From Podarcis liolepis (Eukaryota), in NCBI GenBank assembly GCA_965112155.1, contig OZ218100.1: a stretch of 64,000 nt of DNA. The stretch is one strand, 5' to 3'. Position numbers and translations under genes: made by a program. Of the stretch, positions 37,383-50,750 are shown in pieces. How positions within the stretch are numbered: position 1 is the stretch's first letter; the number at the start of each line of letters is the position of its first letter. The notes under the pieces were generated by a model. The model saw nothing but the letters and a program-made list of their open reading frames with translations, did not search any database and had not been told where the DNA came from.

Positions 37383-40300
37383 CTGGTTTTGGTATATCTA
37401 CATTCCCTACTGGGATACACACCTAAGTTGAAATCTTTTTTTATTTCAACTGACCGTGTTGTTTTCTTTTCCAGTACCTTTTGGTAATATTTCTTAACAC
37501 TTTTTGTTTTTTCTGCAGTGGTACATTATTGAATCTACCCTGACTCATCCTGCTGGGTAGGTGCTATTTACCTTCTGTGAAGAAGAACAGATAGAAAAAA
37601 GGAAAGAAAATGTTACTTACAAGTAAACTCAAAAACCTATGGGGAATAAACTATAACCATCAATTTCCCCATAAAATTCCATGCCAAAAAGCCACTGGAG
37701 GCTCCATACAACTCAGTAGGTTACAGCTCAAAAACCATCAAATTAAAAGTTTAACCGCAACAATAAAATCAGAAGGCTGCTTTCTGAAACTGGTATTTTT
37801 AGTAAGTGAACATTTGCACTCCCTAGGCAACTTTCTGCACAGTTCAAAATGGCCTGAATCCAGGTCCACCTTGTTAACAGTGACTGATTCATGTGTTACA
37901 TTTCCCACTCGTGGAATCTTTCCTGACTCTCATGCTTGAATTCCTATGGGGAAATTCATAAAACATTGTGTTCAAGCATGCAAATTGCTTGTTTATCTAT
38001 CTGTTTGCTTCAGAACTGAACTCCAAAACTAGAAAGGCTTACGCTGGTGTGGAAGCAAGTCACATGTAGAATCTGGCAGTGGCATCATTTACAGAAGCTA
38101 GATTGACAACTACTGAACAAGAGCACTCTCGCTGATGGCACCTTCCCTGATAGAATCCTTTCCAAGAGAGCTTGCCAAACACAATCCCTCCAGACTGTGG
38201 CCCAATTCATGTTTTAATAGAACAGCATGGCTGCCACTTCCCTGTGGCTGTCTGGACATTTGAAAGACAGAATTGTGTGGGGTCACAAGGATCACACATA
38301 ATGATGGATGAATTGGGTCTTACTTAGATCAGGACTGTTTTTCAAAGTGTGCTGAAGAATAAGATTTGACCATGGATTGGGAAGAATATCTTGAATACCA
38401 GGCACTTCCACCTACACAAATAAGGCTTAGACTGAGCCTTGAGCGCTAGCGTATTTCATTGCTGTATTTTGAAAGCCCAAAACGTACTTGGGATAAGATT
38501 TCTAACGAACACAAAGGGGCTAACTTCTGAGTAAACACACACAGATAGACACGAAGTTCAGGTCCGCTCTTCTGACTGAGCAAGTCTCAGAAAAATCTGG
38601 CTTTCAGGAGATTGATTGCTTCCTAAATTACTCTAGTGAGTATTTGGATATTTATCCTAACCTGTTAGTCGAACATGCTTGTCACAGATGAGTAAATCAA
38701 TGCCATTGACTGCTATCATTTGTGACTAGCAAAAATGGTTCCCTGAACTCTCCCAGAAGCGATTATAATTCCTCAGTTTCTTTATGGTTCCATTTCCAAA
38801 GTACGTGGAATTTACAAGAATTACCATCCTGGCTATATTGCTTGAATGTCTTAAACCACCAAAGGAAAGTCTCTAGACATATCACACTACTAATAGTGGT
38901 TTGACACACACTGATCACAGTATTGTCATATGTACATTTCTTTCAACCAATGGCTGAGTTGTGGGGAAACAAATTCTACCAGTCTTATGCATATTATGGA
39001 CAGAATGGGAACCTCTGACATCACTCTGAGATTTTCAGCCAAATGTTTGGAATAAAAAAAAATCTAAACAAATGGATGCCATAATATTGATTAAATGTGT
39101 AATTGAAGAAACAATACTTAAAGACGGAAAAATAGAGGAGTCCAAACTGGCAAGAATCTTGTCTGTTGTGTCACTGGAATAGCAAAGGTGTTGAGAGGTC
39201 AGACTTACACAATAGGAAGAGAGCTCCATGCTTGCTTCTGGTTTTATGTATATTTATATGTGTACTCACTAATAGAATGAAATATTGCTGCATGTACTCC
39301 TGTCCCCTGAACTTGGACAGCAATTTGGTTTCCTTTGCAGTGAGGTCATTGGAGGTGTACTTGAGTTTATTTACAAATATACAAGTTTGGCCTAGGGGGA
39401 GGACCAGCTGAAACACACTGACAGACAGGAACATCCATTGCTCCCGCATCAGGTCTTCAGGAAGACAGACGTCGCTTTAAAGATTCTTATACAGTCCAAA
39501 CTTCACTCTCTGTATATTTTTTTCTTAGCATCAAAACTGTCCATCTGCTTTCCACAAATGTCTTCTTGTTTACATTAACACCAACTTGGGGTGGCAGAGA
39601 GAGCGAGTCATCACCCTTCCAGATATTTCATGGACTATCCCTAAGGCTGTTGAGAGCTTTCAACCTTTAAATTCCATAACAAAATAGACAGTTGCAAAGA
39701 CCATTAAGGTAATTCCCAGCAGCCTTGTTGGTCCAGTCACTTTAGCAGACTCTAGTGTAACAGTCATAGAATCACCATGTTGGAAGAAACTCCTAAGTCA
39801 CCCAGCTCTCAATTACATGGCAATATGTAAAAATCAAACAAATGTTACTGATGGAGGGAGCAGCAAAAGCAGGTCTGAAAACATCCACCACAGAATGCAG
39901 ATGTAGGCAAACAGGCTAGAAATTCTTCTGTCAAAAAAAGGTTGCTTGTTTTAACAACAGAAAGTCAAAATTCCTTCCTCATACACTGTGGTGTATTGCC
40001 TTATTCTATTTAATTCAAATGTATGAGTACATTTATAAAATCTCTATATTCCTTTGGGGTGATTATTTCACCTTTTCCTTTTTGCACCAACGTAGTCTAC
40101 TAAAATGTATGGACCAAATGACAAAAGGTGTACATAATATTTTCATATTCTGGGTACTTTTGTTTCCTTATAGATGACTCATTCCCCTCCATTTGCTTCT
40201 CTTCATTTACATTGTACAATCCCTGCTCATGTAATTCCTTTCCTGCTACATGCTAAAGCAAATCCTTTTTCACTTCTTCTTTTCTTAGTAATGATTTGTG

Positions 40301-41278
40301 AATGAGCTCCCCCAAGCAAATCATCCCATTACACAACTCCTTCACTCCCTTTCTTCAAATCACTCCCACAGAAGCCACACACAGTGAGCTCTGTCCTCCT
40401 CCACAAAACCAATTCATGTTCCTTCCTCTAAATATGTGTAATCACTTTTGCTTAGATACGTAGATTACAATTACACATATAAGATTACCTCCATATATCC
40501 TCAAGCAGTTAATTGTGTGTGTGTGTGCGCGCATATACATTTGAATTATGATATCCCTTTCACACTTCCACCTACATACCATCCGACATTTGTCAGATAA
40601 AAACATAAACTTGTCATACATTAAGCAAACAAGGAGGTCATTGTAGAGCATTTAGCAAGCCTAATGAAAGATAGCAAGCTTCCTTTTGGGACTGGCAATT
40701 TTCTCCCTATTTTAATTTTGTTTTTGTTTGTTATGTAAAAACAATCAGATATAGTTCCTTTTCATAACCAGATGCAGCATTTTTTAAAAAAAATTGGTAG
40801 CAATTCAGAATCAGATATAAGCACATTTTTGTCTCTCGGATTCTAACTTTTCGTAGGTTTTAAGCATTCAGTACATCTTTACAAAGCTGTCACATTTGCT
40901 TCCCAAGCAAGCCCAGTATGGCTACTGTTTACAGTATTGCTACAAATTGCGAATATATAAGCAAGCTACACAGGGGTGGGGTGGGGGCAGGGGGGTCGTT
41001 CATAAAGCAAGTCATGCATCAAGGTGAAGGGAAGCGGTAGTAACATTGTGGCAATTTGTTGTGATCATGATGGGAGGGGACAGTAACAGAAATGTGATGT
41101 CACACTCATTCGTTTGCTTCTCCAGCATAGTAGTATTTTTGTGCATTGTCTGTTACTTTCAAATGCTGCCTTCCCTTGCTTTCTAATGTCCCCCACCCTT
41201 TTCACATGATATTTCACATTTGTACAGGTATACCAATATGTGCTAAAGATGCCATGATTGTGCGACACATACAGACTG

Positions 41279-41506
41279 CAGTGGTACCTCGGGTTACAGA
41301 TGCTTCAGGTTACAGACGCTTCAGGTTAGACTCCGCTAACCCAAAAATAGTACCTCAGGTTAAGAACTTTGCTTCAGGATGAGAACAGAAATCGTGTGGC
41401 GGCAGTGGGAGGCCCCATTAGCTAAAGTGGTACCTCAGGTTAAGAACAGTTTCAGTTAAGAATGGACCTCCGGAACGAATTAAGTTCTTAACCCGAGGTA
41501 CCACTG
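41279..41506 (+). mobile_element. MITE family A, copy 5
   Basis: Perfect TIR CAGTGGTACCTCGGGTTA / TAACCCGAGGTACCACTG. Flanked by TG on both sides. Confidence 0.92.
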
Positions 41507-41733
41507 TGATACTTTGTATTGGAATGATAATGTGTGACAACCAGAAGGCAGATGTATGTGAAAGGTAGTTGACAATATTTTACGATGCTTATGACTACCC
41601 ACACACAGAGTGAGTGGGAAGCAGGATATAGCCCAGCAGTGACCACCTCATAAGGCCTAGAGAAGGGAAAGGCTGGTGAATTCTGCACAAGTAGGGTGGG
41701 CAGGAGCCATTTTGGGCAAGAGCTTATGTTTGG

Positions 41734-41901
41734 AACATAGGAAGCTGTCTTGGTCTGTCCATCTAGCTCAATATTGTCTACACTGACTGGCAGTTGTTTT
41801 CCAGGGTTTCAGACAGGAAATATCTCCAGCCCTACCTGGAATATGAGGGATTGAATCTGGGACCTTATGCTTTGATGGCAAGTGCTCTACGACTGCGCTA
41901 C
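41734..41901 (-). mobile_element. Degraded tRNA-derived squamate SINE
   Basis: GGGATTGAATCTGGGACCTT..GTGCTCTACGACTGCGCTAC (reverse B and A boxes). Related fragments at about 42960-43025 and 7030-7160. Confidence 0.6.
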
Positions 41902-42419
41902 TTCCCTTTACCACTATCTTGTTGGCGCATAATCAAACTTTGGGAGAGTAGTCTTGGCACTTTCATTTAGGAAATGATCTTTCTGGAAATCTTTGTATGT
42001 TTGTAAAATAGTGCTTAAGAACTGTTTTTCTATAGAATTCAATTCTGTGTAAAGTTATACAGTCACTGTCCCTTTAAATGGGTCTTAAAGACTTTCAGCA
42101 GCTATTCTTACATACAATTGGTGCTGTGTGGTTTCATCGTGGTCAAGATATGCCAGTTTATTGTAGGTTTTGTGCTCTTTTGAAATGTGGTTTTAAAAAT
42201 GATTTTAGTTTGTGTATTGTGCAAATTGCTCTGGGGGTCCCCCCCCCAGCAAAAGCAATCTATAGATCTGTTTTTATAAATAGATTATACATAGTCACAA
42301 GTGGAAAGGAAGTTTGATCTATGATTGAAGATGATGCAGCAATAAAGCAGCAAGCACATTTGGAAAGCTAAGCAGGGTCCAGTATGGTTTCAAATTGGGT
42401 GGGGGACCACATATTGAGA

Positions 42420-42491
42420 TTCCTGCATTGAATGGGTTGGACTAGATGGTCCTCAGGCTCCCTTCCAACTCTATAATTATATGATTCTATG
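42420..42491 (+). mobile_element. CR1-type 3' tail (same tail as the SINE at 48931)
   Basis: TTCCTGCATTG..GGGTTGGACTAGATGG..CCCTTCCAACTCT..ATGATTCTATG. Confidence 0.75.
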
Positions 42492-42891
42492 TATACAAAT
42501 TATATTTGTGAGAGGCTTTTTTTAAAAAAAGAGAGCCAACACCTGTCTTCTCCCCACACAAGTATGGTCTCATTCAGAACATGGAACTACCTTTAAAATC
42601 CCATTTGAGTAACAGTTCCAGGAAACTTGCCACAGTTCCCCTACCTACCATTAATTTGGAACAATTTGCTCTGCCACCGGCACAAGAGTCTGGAGTCAAA
42701 GATCAGGGCCTTTGGACTTCACTTCACTTCACTTCACTTGTGAGATATACCCTTTGCATTTGTATGAATGAGATAAAGTTTTCAACTGCCCAAGATGTCT
42801 GCCTGTTGTTTGAAATAGCAACAGCACTCCAGATTGTTTAAGACAGTATAACCAAGCACTGTGGGAAAATCCCAAATCCCAAAGTGATGTA

Positions 42892-42893
<2 letters not shown>

Positions 42894-42931
<38 letters not shown>
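42894..42931 (+). repeat. (GT)n microsatellite
   Basis: Direct reading. Confidence 0.95.
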
Positions 42932-42933
<2 letters not shown>

Positions 42934-43399
42934 ATTCACACATGTATATAGGAGTCAAAACACTAACTGGAAATGGCTATCCAGGGTTTCAGACTGGAGT
43001 CTTTGCTAGCCCTGCCTGGAGATGTGAAGGATGTTGTACACTGCCTTGTTGTACACTAAATTGTTTTGAATGCTTTCTATCCACCTGGAATTAGGAGGAA
43101 AAAGAGAAGATAATCTATCAATGTCTTTGTCCAAATGTCTCAGCTGCCAGAGATGGAGGTGGCAAATGAAGAGAGGCCACTCTTGGTTGTGTTGCCTATA
43201 CAATTGCTCCCATTTCCCACCAAGTGAAAACCACTTTATTCTTGGAGGCCTTTTAAAAGCCTCCATAATTCAAAACCGCCACCCACCTATGTTGGTTTTC
43301 TTGCTGGTTTTGCATCTTCTCTCCATTTTTATATTGAATGGTTGTTGGCCATATTTTGTGAGCTGCATTTGGGATCTTTGATCAAGGTGGTTAATATTT

Positions 43400-43599
43400 G
43401 TTTGTTTGTTTTTTGTTCCTAAATCTCACTTTTCCTCTAAGGTGCTAAAGGTGGCCTGCATTGTTCTCCTCTTCACAACACCCCTGTGAGGCTGAGAGGC
43501 AGTGACTGGTCCAAGGTCACCCAGTAAGCTTCATGGCTGAGTGGGGATTTGAACCTGGTCTCCCAGGTCCTAGTCCAATATTCCACCCACTATACCACA
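43400..43599 (-). mobile_element. MIR-like / CORE-type SINE remnant
   Basis: TTCACAACACCCCTGTGAGG..GTGACTGGTCCAAGGTCACCCAG..GGGATTTGAACC..CCACTATACCAC. Confidence 0.7.
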
Positions 43600-43859
43600 A
43601 GTTGCAGGCTTAGTCTTTCTTTAAAAACAAAGAAACCACCAAGTAAAAGTTGACCATTCCTCCAAATTTTGCCTATTTCTGACAGGCTAAAATGGTCTCC
43701 CCATACAGGTTTTCAAAGCTTATGAGTCCACATATATTTGGAATATTTACCAAAATGGATGCCAGCCAGGTTCATAGAAAGGATACCACAACATCTTTAA
43801 CCAGGCCTTTGGCTGATCAACATCTATTGCCCTTTCAAAGGTGTTGCAGAAGGGCGAAT

Positions 43860-43994
43860 TATTGTGTTGTCTTTGTTTTTAATTTTGTTATGCATTTTGT
43901 TTTGTTTTTATATTGTAATTTTATGTTGTGAGCCACCCTGAGATCTATGGGTATGTAGCAGTATACAAATGTAATAAATAAAAATAAATAAATT
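43860..43994 (+). mobile_element. L2-type 3' tail
   Basis: T-rich stretch, then TTGTGAGCCACCCTGAG..GCAGTATACAAAT..(TAAA)n. Similar tails near 2750-2945, 15300-15480, 18720-18795 and 57300-57470. Confidence 0.55.
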
Positions 43995-44235
43995 CAGTGG
44001 TACCTTGGCACTCAAATGGCTTAGTTGTCAAACAAATTGGCTCCCAAACACCAAAAACCTGGAAGTAAGTGTTCCAGTTTTTGCATGTTTTTTGGAAACC
44101 GAACATCCAACGCGGCTTCCACTTGAGTGCAGGAAGCTCCTGCAGCCAATCGGAAGCCATGCCTTGGTTTTTGAACGGTTTCGGGAGTCAAACAACTTCC
44201 AGAATGGATTAAGTTCAAGGACCAAGCTACCACTG
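43995..44235. mobile_element. Tc1/mariner MITE family B (same terminal motif as A, unrelated interior)
   Basis: CAGTGGTACCTTGG...CCAAGCTACCACTG|TA. Confidence 0.8.
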
Positions 44236-45082
44236 TAATCACTTTGAAAGCAAGGCTAATTCTGCCAGGCTTGAAAGAGCTGCGTTCAAGCTGGTCTCCC
44301 CAACAGAAGGCATATCATTAGCTTGCCTCAAAGTGATGCCATAACCAGTGGTAGGTAAAGCTCATGTACAGCAATCCCAGTGCAAACCTGCATGAGCTGT
44401 ACAGCATTAGAGGGACTGCTTAATTCAGATCATAAAGGCACGTCTCAGCCCATGATGACACAGGAAGAGAAGTAAATGAAGGAAAACAGGATGATTAAAT
44501 GCTTGGAAACTTTTGTTGCAATATTCAGGAAGTATACAAGTTTTCCTAATTCATCATACTATTTATTTATTACTAGTAAATTAATGGGCTTCTGAAAAGA
44601 ATTCATTACCCTTTTTACACACACTGCTACTTGCGGATCATTTATTCATCTGTGTTATCTAGTGTGACTAAAAACAGCTGTAATTACATTGTTAAACACT
44701 GATTAATAAGCAGCCCACATCACTAATAAAAGGAAACAAGCTAAAAAATAAAGTGCAAGCTCATTTAAAAAAATAAAATAAAAATGCAACCCCATCCTTA
44801 ACAGATCTACTTGGAAGTATATTGCATTAATTCAATTGGACTTACCTTCAAGCAAAATATGCTCAGAATTGTCATTGGTTGTATAGTTGTATAAAAACCT
44901 CTCTTTTTCTTCTGCAAAGAATGATTTGGCAGATGAATAGGAGAAGAGTAATGGAAATAAATAACTAAAACATTTCCCTGGGAATGAATACGGGACTTAA
45001 CCAATATTCATTTCAGCCTGATGACATTTTCTTTGAGAAACACAAGTAAGCAGGTTTGTTTACATGAAGACAGACTGAGCCG

Positions 45083-45260
45083 ACAATCCTAGGTCTACTT
45101 GCCTGCAAATAAGCCTCAATGAACTCAATCAGAATTTCTTTTGACTAAATATTGACAGGATTGTGCTTTCAAGCTTCAATCCTATAGACACTTACCGGGC
45201 AGTAAGTCCTAATGAGTACAGCGATACTAACTTCTGAGCTAACACACATAGATAGGATTG
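45083..45260. repeat. Two adjacent copies of a dispersed ~80-bp imperfect palindrome family
   Basis: CAATCCT...AGGATTG ends in both units. Many related copies occur across the window. Confidence 0.65.
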
Positions 45261-48022
45261 CACTGTTAATTCTACCAGCAAAGCAGCATTTCCTCAGCAT
45301 GAATAACATGTTTAGTTCTTCAGACAAGTATATTTTGCATACTTATATTAATTATGCAATTAACTTTCCAGCCATGTTGAGTCTGGGTCTGTTTTATGGA
45401 TTAGCGACAGGGTGACACATTAAGCCACCCCAGCATTTCATTATTATTTTTTCCAGGAAATTCAGTTTGATGGGAGCAACATGTCGCAAATTGTTAAGTG
45501 TCGGAAATTGGAACAGCTGCTAATGGAAAACAAGAATGCTTCAAACTCTTGATAGAATCAAGCTACTTACTTTTACAGTATGAAGTTATAGGGATTTAAA
45601 ATGAACAATAAGGCTTTTAAGAAAGCTTTCACATAAACGTTTTCAAGAACAACCTGTCCTAAAAGATCAGTGTGGCTCATTAATGCATATTAAAAATTGA
45701 ATTAAATATTCTTTTCAAACAATGAAACAATGTTGCAGTGTCTGACTCAATGCAAGGAGTTAGGGATAAATTACGGTACGCATTGTATACAAAACTGTAT
45801 ACCAGGAGCCTGATGGTCCTTTTATTCTTTTGAAAAGCTGTTTTGGAAGGGGGCAATTCAAAGCAGAGTGTCAAGGGGTGCAAGTTCTTTTCTCATCTAC
45901 CATATTCCTGATAAAAATCTTCCCCTTCCTGCAGCAGCATTCTTTGCAGTATTATAGTAGGAGGAATATCAGTACATATAGTAGGAATATCAGTACATAA
46001 GGCTGCAATCCTATATTTTGGACTAAGCCCAACTGACTGCAATGGGACTTCTGAGTGGACATGTATAGTATTTATAGTCATCCAAACTCATCATTGGTAT
46101 TCTGGAAATCTTTCTTCCTCCTTGTCCTGGAGAATTTTGTAAATCAAGAAAGGGGCACATCTTCCTTATATCTCCTTTAATAGATAACCACTAGCCATAC
46201 TGTCTGGGTTTTCTGGGTAATCTAACAGTCTTTAGACAACCATAGGTTCTCCATCTTGTTGTAAATGAGGATTTTTTTTTGTTCTCCTGTATGATTTACT
46301 TGTACTGCTGTGTGTTAATTGGTTTTATGTGCTTTGCACATTACAGGGTGTTACTGTTAATTTGTTGGCCTTGGTAGTGATTGTGTGATTAATAGCGGTT
46401 GGAGTCTTCTGTTGCTAGGCCTTACCACAGGTGAGAATACTAATTTACTTGACTGCAACAGTTATAAACAAACTTCTATAGCCAGCTGCTTCCACCACAG
46501 CTTTCCGTTACAACAGAGGTTGATGGAAACATTGGGAGGAAAATCAAAATGGAGAAGAACATGTGGAAATCACTGCATTTTAAATCCACATATTTTTATA
46601 TTGAGAAGATCCCTGCCCCTCTACCTGCTAAAAAAACCCCAGTCTTTCCCAAGCCACAATAAATGTCTGAAAGAGATTGAGATTTCAAGTATCTTGCAGT
46701 TTTACATTTAGCAAACAGAAAACTTCTATGCAGCCACCCCTGCTGGCCTTTCATAAGATTTCATATAGTCAGACTATTCCAGTTTAGGCAGAAAGTCTAC
46801 AGCTGAGATTAGTACACACAATGCATCTTTCCTAGAGTGTACCTTCCAGAATTTTAGCTGGTATGCCTCCTCTTTGACTCAGCTGGTCCTCTAAAGGCTA
46901 CGGAGACCAGAAGGGCAATTGAATGGCTCCCACCACTTAGAATTAGAGATACTTAGAGTTGATTTGCCTATGTTCCACCTATTCCTATTTACCGAGAGCA
47001 GTTTCTCCCCCCTTTTCTGCAAATAACCATCTCTAGTTTACCTTTCAAAATGGTGAACATGTATACAAATACGTACTAGAGTGCACTAGCTTCTCTTACA
47101 CACCCTGCTGCTTGTTAACGGCTTATCCAGATACTTGGTAAATGTTGCTGACTACTTGGGTTGCAGCTGTTCTGCAATAAATAAAACCAGATCCATTGTG
47201 AAATTTAATATTCTGTTAAAATTCTTAAGTTTTCCAAAAAACGAACCTGTTACGGCCAGCCTGGTTATGTGCCCTGCTTTAAAAGCCAGTGCAGGGCAGG
47301 CTATTGCAGGTGAAAGGAATATGGCCCATTGAGAGGAACTGTCAGTCATATATAATAGTGGTTGCTGGGGCAGAAGTGGATTGGGCAGAGATCTACGCAG
47401 AGTGAAGATAACAAATGTGTAAGTATCCCTATATGAATCAGTCAGATGGAGGTATGGATTTACACACATGGAGAGTGAAATGAAGTAAAAAGTACTAGCA
47501 AGAGCACAAATGTTTTTGAGTACCGTAGTTCTTTGCCCAAATTTGGATTTAATAACACACGATCTACGCTCTGTGTTGATTCTGTTACGTTGGCGGTGAA
47601 ATCCTATACATGTCAGAAGCAAATCCCCTTGTGTTCAGTGGAGCTTTCTCCCAGCTAAGTAGGTCTAGAACTGCAGTCTTACTCTGATTGCACAGGTATC
47701 TGAGATAAATAAAGATTTGTGTTGTTGCATTCACTTTGATAGGTGTTGGGGTGCATTTTACACTAGTGTTTTAGTTTAAAATCTTTTTTGCTGGTGAGCT
47801 GCGTTGAGAGGGCTTTTTGTTCTGAAAATAGTAAAAGACAAAACTTACAGCTGATCTATAAATTGAGGTAGGCAATATAGTACATAATTAATGGGAGTGA
47901 ACCTGTTTAGATTGCTACTGTGTTTGAATGCATACTACCTTCAAGTCCACATAAAGCTATGTCAGAAAAAGAGGCTTTAAATCTAGGGGCTCCCCCAACC
48001 TCTCTGATACACAGGTTTTCTG

Positions 48023-48023
<1 letters not shown>

Positions 48024-48077
<54 letters not shown>

Positions 48078-48102
48078 TTATTATTATTATTTATTATTAT
48101 TA
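48024..48102 (+). repeat. (ATT)n microsatellite, interrupted
   Basis: Direct reading. Confidence 0.95.
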
Positions 48103-48930
48103 CTATACAAACAGAGTTTTGTTTTGTTTATCCATGGGAAAAACGGGAACTCCATACCTTATGGTTTATCTATATTTGTGTATGGCTATTATTTTTTAAA
48201 AAAACAAATAAAGCCACACCTTTCATGATAAGACTACAAGCTGACTATTTATTAGGGTTTGAGCAGTATGGAATCCGTTGACGACCAAACAAGAAAAGCC
48301 ACACACACATATACCAACTTCTGCTGCTAGGAAGTTTAAAATAATATGTTTTTAAACATATTGATGGCATTATTACTCTTCGGCCAAAAGTTACGGTATA
48401 TATTTGGGAAAGCTACTGGATGGGAATGGTAACGTATCTGATCTCTCACTCCCAGACTTGTATACTTGAACACTTGCAGGATATCCATGCTATAACTCAG
48501 CACTGATGACATGATAATCCAGGGTTATGGATGTTGTATGTAATGGTGGGAATAAAAAAGTAACACTTTCCGTGTGTGTACTGGATTTATAATTTTGCTT
48601 TCCTGGTTGTTTCAGTATATCTTGCACGAAAATGCACAAGCCAATTATTTTGCATTGTTGCGCATCAAGTGGATGCCATGTTCTGTAGAAGATACTATAT
48701 GTTTCTAGCATGGATGGCGCAGGGATTCACAAAAAAACTGGATTTGACAATGCCAGTGCCTATAATAATTCTATCACCATGAGCCAACTCCAAACCTGGA
48801 GGAGGGGGAAAATTAAGAATAAAATCTAACAGTTTGATCATAAATATTAGTATAGTAGCCTCCATCTTACTTTTTTATGTGCAGTGACACCAAAATACAG
48901 TATGTATATTAAGCATAAAGGCAATCTGTA

Positions 48931-49069
48931 TATCTCTGTTGGTTAGAGCATGGTGCTGATAACACCAAGGTTGCAGGTTTGATCCCTACAGGACAGCTAC
49001 ATAGTTCTGCATTGAAGGGGATTGGACTACATGATTCTTGGGGTTCCTTCCAATGCTATAATTCTGTGA
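48931..49069 (+). mobile_element. tRNA(Ile)-derived SINE with CR1-type tail
   Basis: Head GTTGGTTAGAGCATGGTGCTGATAACACCAAGGTTGCAGGTTTGATCCC resembles tRNA-Ile. Tail TTGGACTA..GTTCCTTCCAA..ATTCTGTGA is CR1-3'-like. Confidence 0.75.
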
Positions 49070-50604
49070 GCCATCATATAAAAAGGACGTGCATAATACT
49101 TTTGTGTAACACCCACCCTTGACATATTCTTTATGTTTCCAGCTGTAGATTTCTAATAAATACTTGGTCATAGAATGAAACTACAGATGTTGGTGGATTG
49201 CATGACTCCTTGGCTGAAGTGAATACCTGAAGCCCTGAGTTTTTCTCCAGCTAGCATTTTACAGCCTCTGCTCTGGCTTTGGTGATGGGAAGGATCCAGC
49301 ACGAGAAGGGTGGTCAGACCTATCTGTCTGTCTAGCTGACTGGCTTTTCTTGTTTCCATCCTTCCTTACTAACAGCCGCACCTGGTATGTTAGGGAATGT
49401 AATGTTTCCAGGGCACCAGATGTTGCCAGGGGTGCCTTGGGAAAACTGAAACGTCCAGCACTTCAGGTGCCAGGATTGGGAGAATGCAGACAGAGAGGAG
49501 GAGACCTAGACATCTCTGCTTCTGTAACTGTACTAGGTGAGGGAGGCAGCAGCATTGAGGGGCAAAATTAAAATTATTCTGCTGCAAAGAACTTTTTCTC
49601 CAAGCATTTGCCACTGTTTTAATTTTTGGTTCCAATCTAAAATATTCCAGAGGGAGCTTACCCTCCTCTAAGTAGAGATGGAGAATTCAATGGAGGTTTC
49701 AAACAGAGTTTAAAAGAAGCCTATTAACCACGTTTAGGCTGCACCTGTATTGTACTTCATTACTAGAGAAGTTTATTGCTATTTAGGCCCCATTATTATA
49801 AGTGCATAGCATGCTTTTATTACCCTCTAATATGTGTAAAGTTCTTTTTTTTTAAAGAAACAGATTCAGCTCACCTCCTGTGTGACTGTGGTTAGATGCT
49901 GTGGAGTTGTAAAGTCTCCATTTAAAGACTGTACATCATAAAAAACATTATAGTTTTATTAATGATCGTGTAGGTTTAACATACTGTATAATAAAGGATC
50001 AATGCTATAACATGATTAGCTACCTTATGTTATATGATTTCGGCTAATGAGGAAAGACAGCTCAACAGCCACATGACCAGGGGTGGCAAAATGTGACTTA
50101 TTGACAAACAAGGAAGCTTTTCCTGCTTACGTGTTGTTGCTTCTTTTTCTACTTCCATTACACTAGAAGCCTTTGTATTATTGGTAGAATGGTGTTCAGC
50201 CTTTTGTTTAGGGTCTTTTACCTTTAACCAGGCTTGTGGGAGATCTTTTAATATTTCTTAGCATTAGATTTACTTGCCCAAGTAAATATAGCTGATGAAA
50301 GAGAAGCTGGCGATCCATAAAAGACCAGGCTGCAGGGATCCTCATTAATCTTCTAATGGTTTTTGCTGTCATCCGTCTTTAAAGTTCCTTGCCTTGTAAA
50401 GTATTTGTGGTGAAAGCTGGAGCACTCTCGGCCTTCCACTAAGCAGTGACTTCCAGCCAGATCTCCAACAAAAGCTTTCAAACAGTTTTAGTTTCAGCTG
50501 TGTCATTGGCCAGGTTTTCCACCATAAAAGGGAAAATATTGTTTGTTTAAATGGGTGTTACAAAGCCAAGGAAAGGATCAGGAGCAGAGGCAGAATCAAA
50601 GCAA

Positions 50605-50750
50605 NNNNNNNNNNNNNNNNNNNNNNNNNNNNNNNNNNNNNNNNNNNNNNNNNNNNNNNNNNNNNNNNNNNNNNNNNNNNNNNNNNNNNNNNNNNNNNNN
50701 NNNNNNNNNNNNNNNNNNNNNNNNNNNNNNNNNNNNNNNNNNNNNNNNNN
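50605..50750. other. Assembly gap (146 N)
   Basis: Run of N. Confidence 1.

Noticed and set aside
45954-45998. Tandem duplication of ATAGTAGG(AGG)AATATCAGTACAT
   Set aside because: An ordinary local slippage duplication with no further signal.
47920-48228. Poly-Leu ORF resembling a membrane protein
   Set aside because: Translation of the (TTA)n microsatellite.
48931-48990. Functional tRNA-Ile gene
   Set aside because: The acceptor stem is missing, the T-loop is mutated (GGTTTGA), and it is fused to a CR1-like tail, so it is a SINE head.
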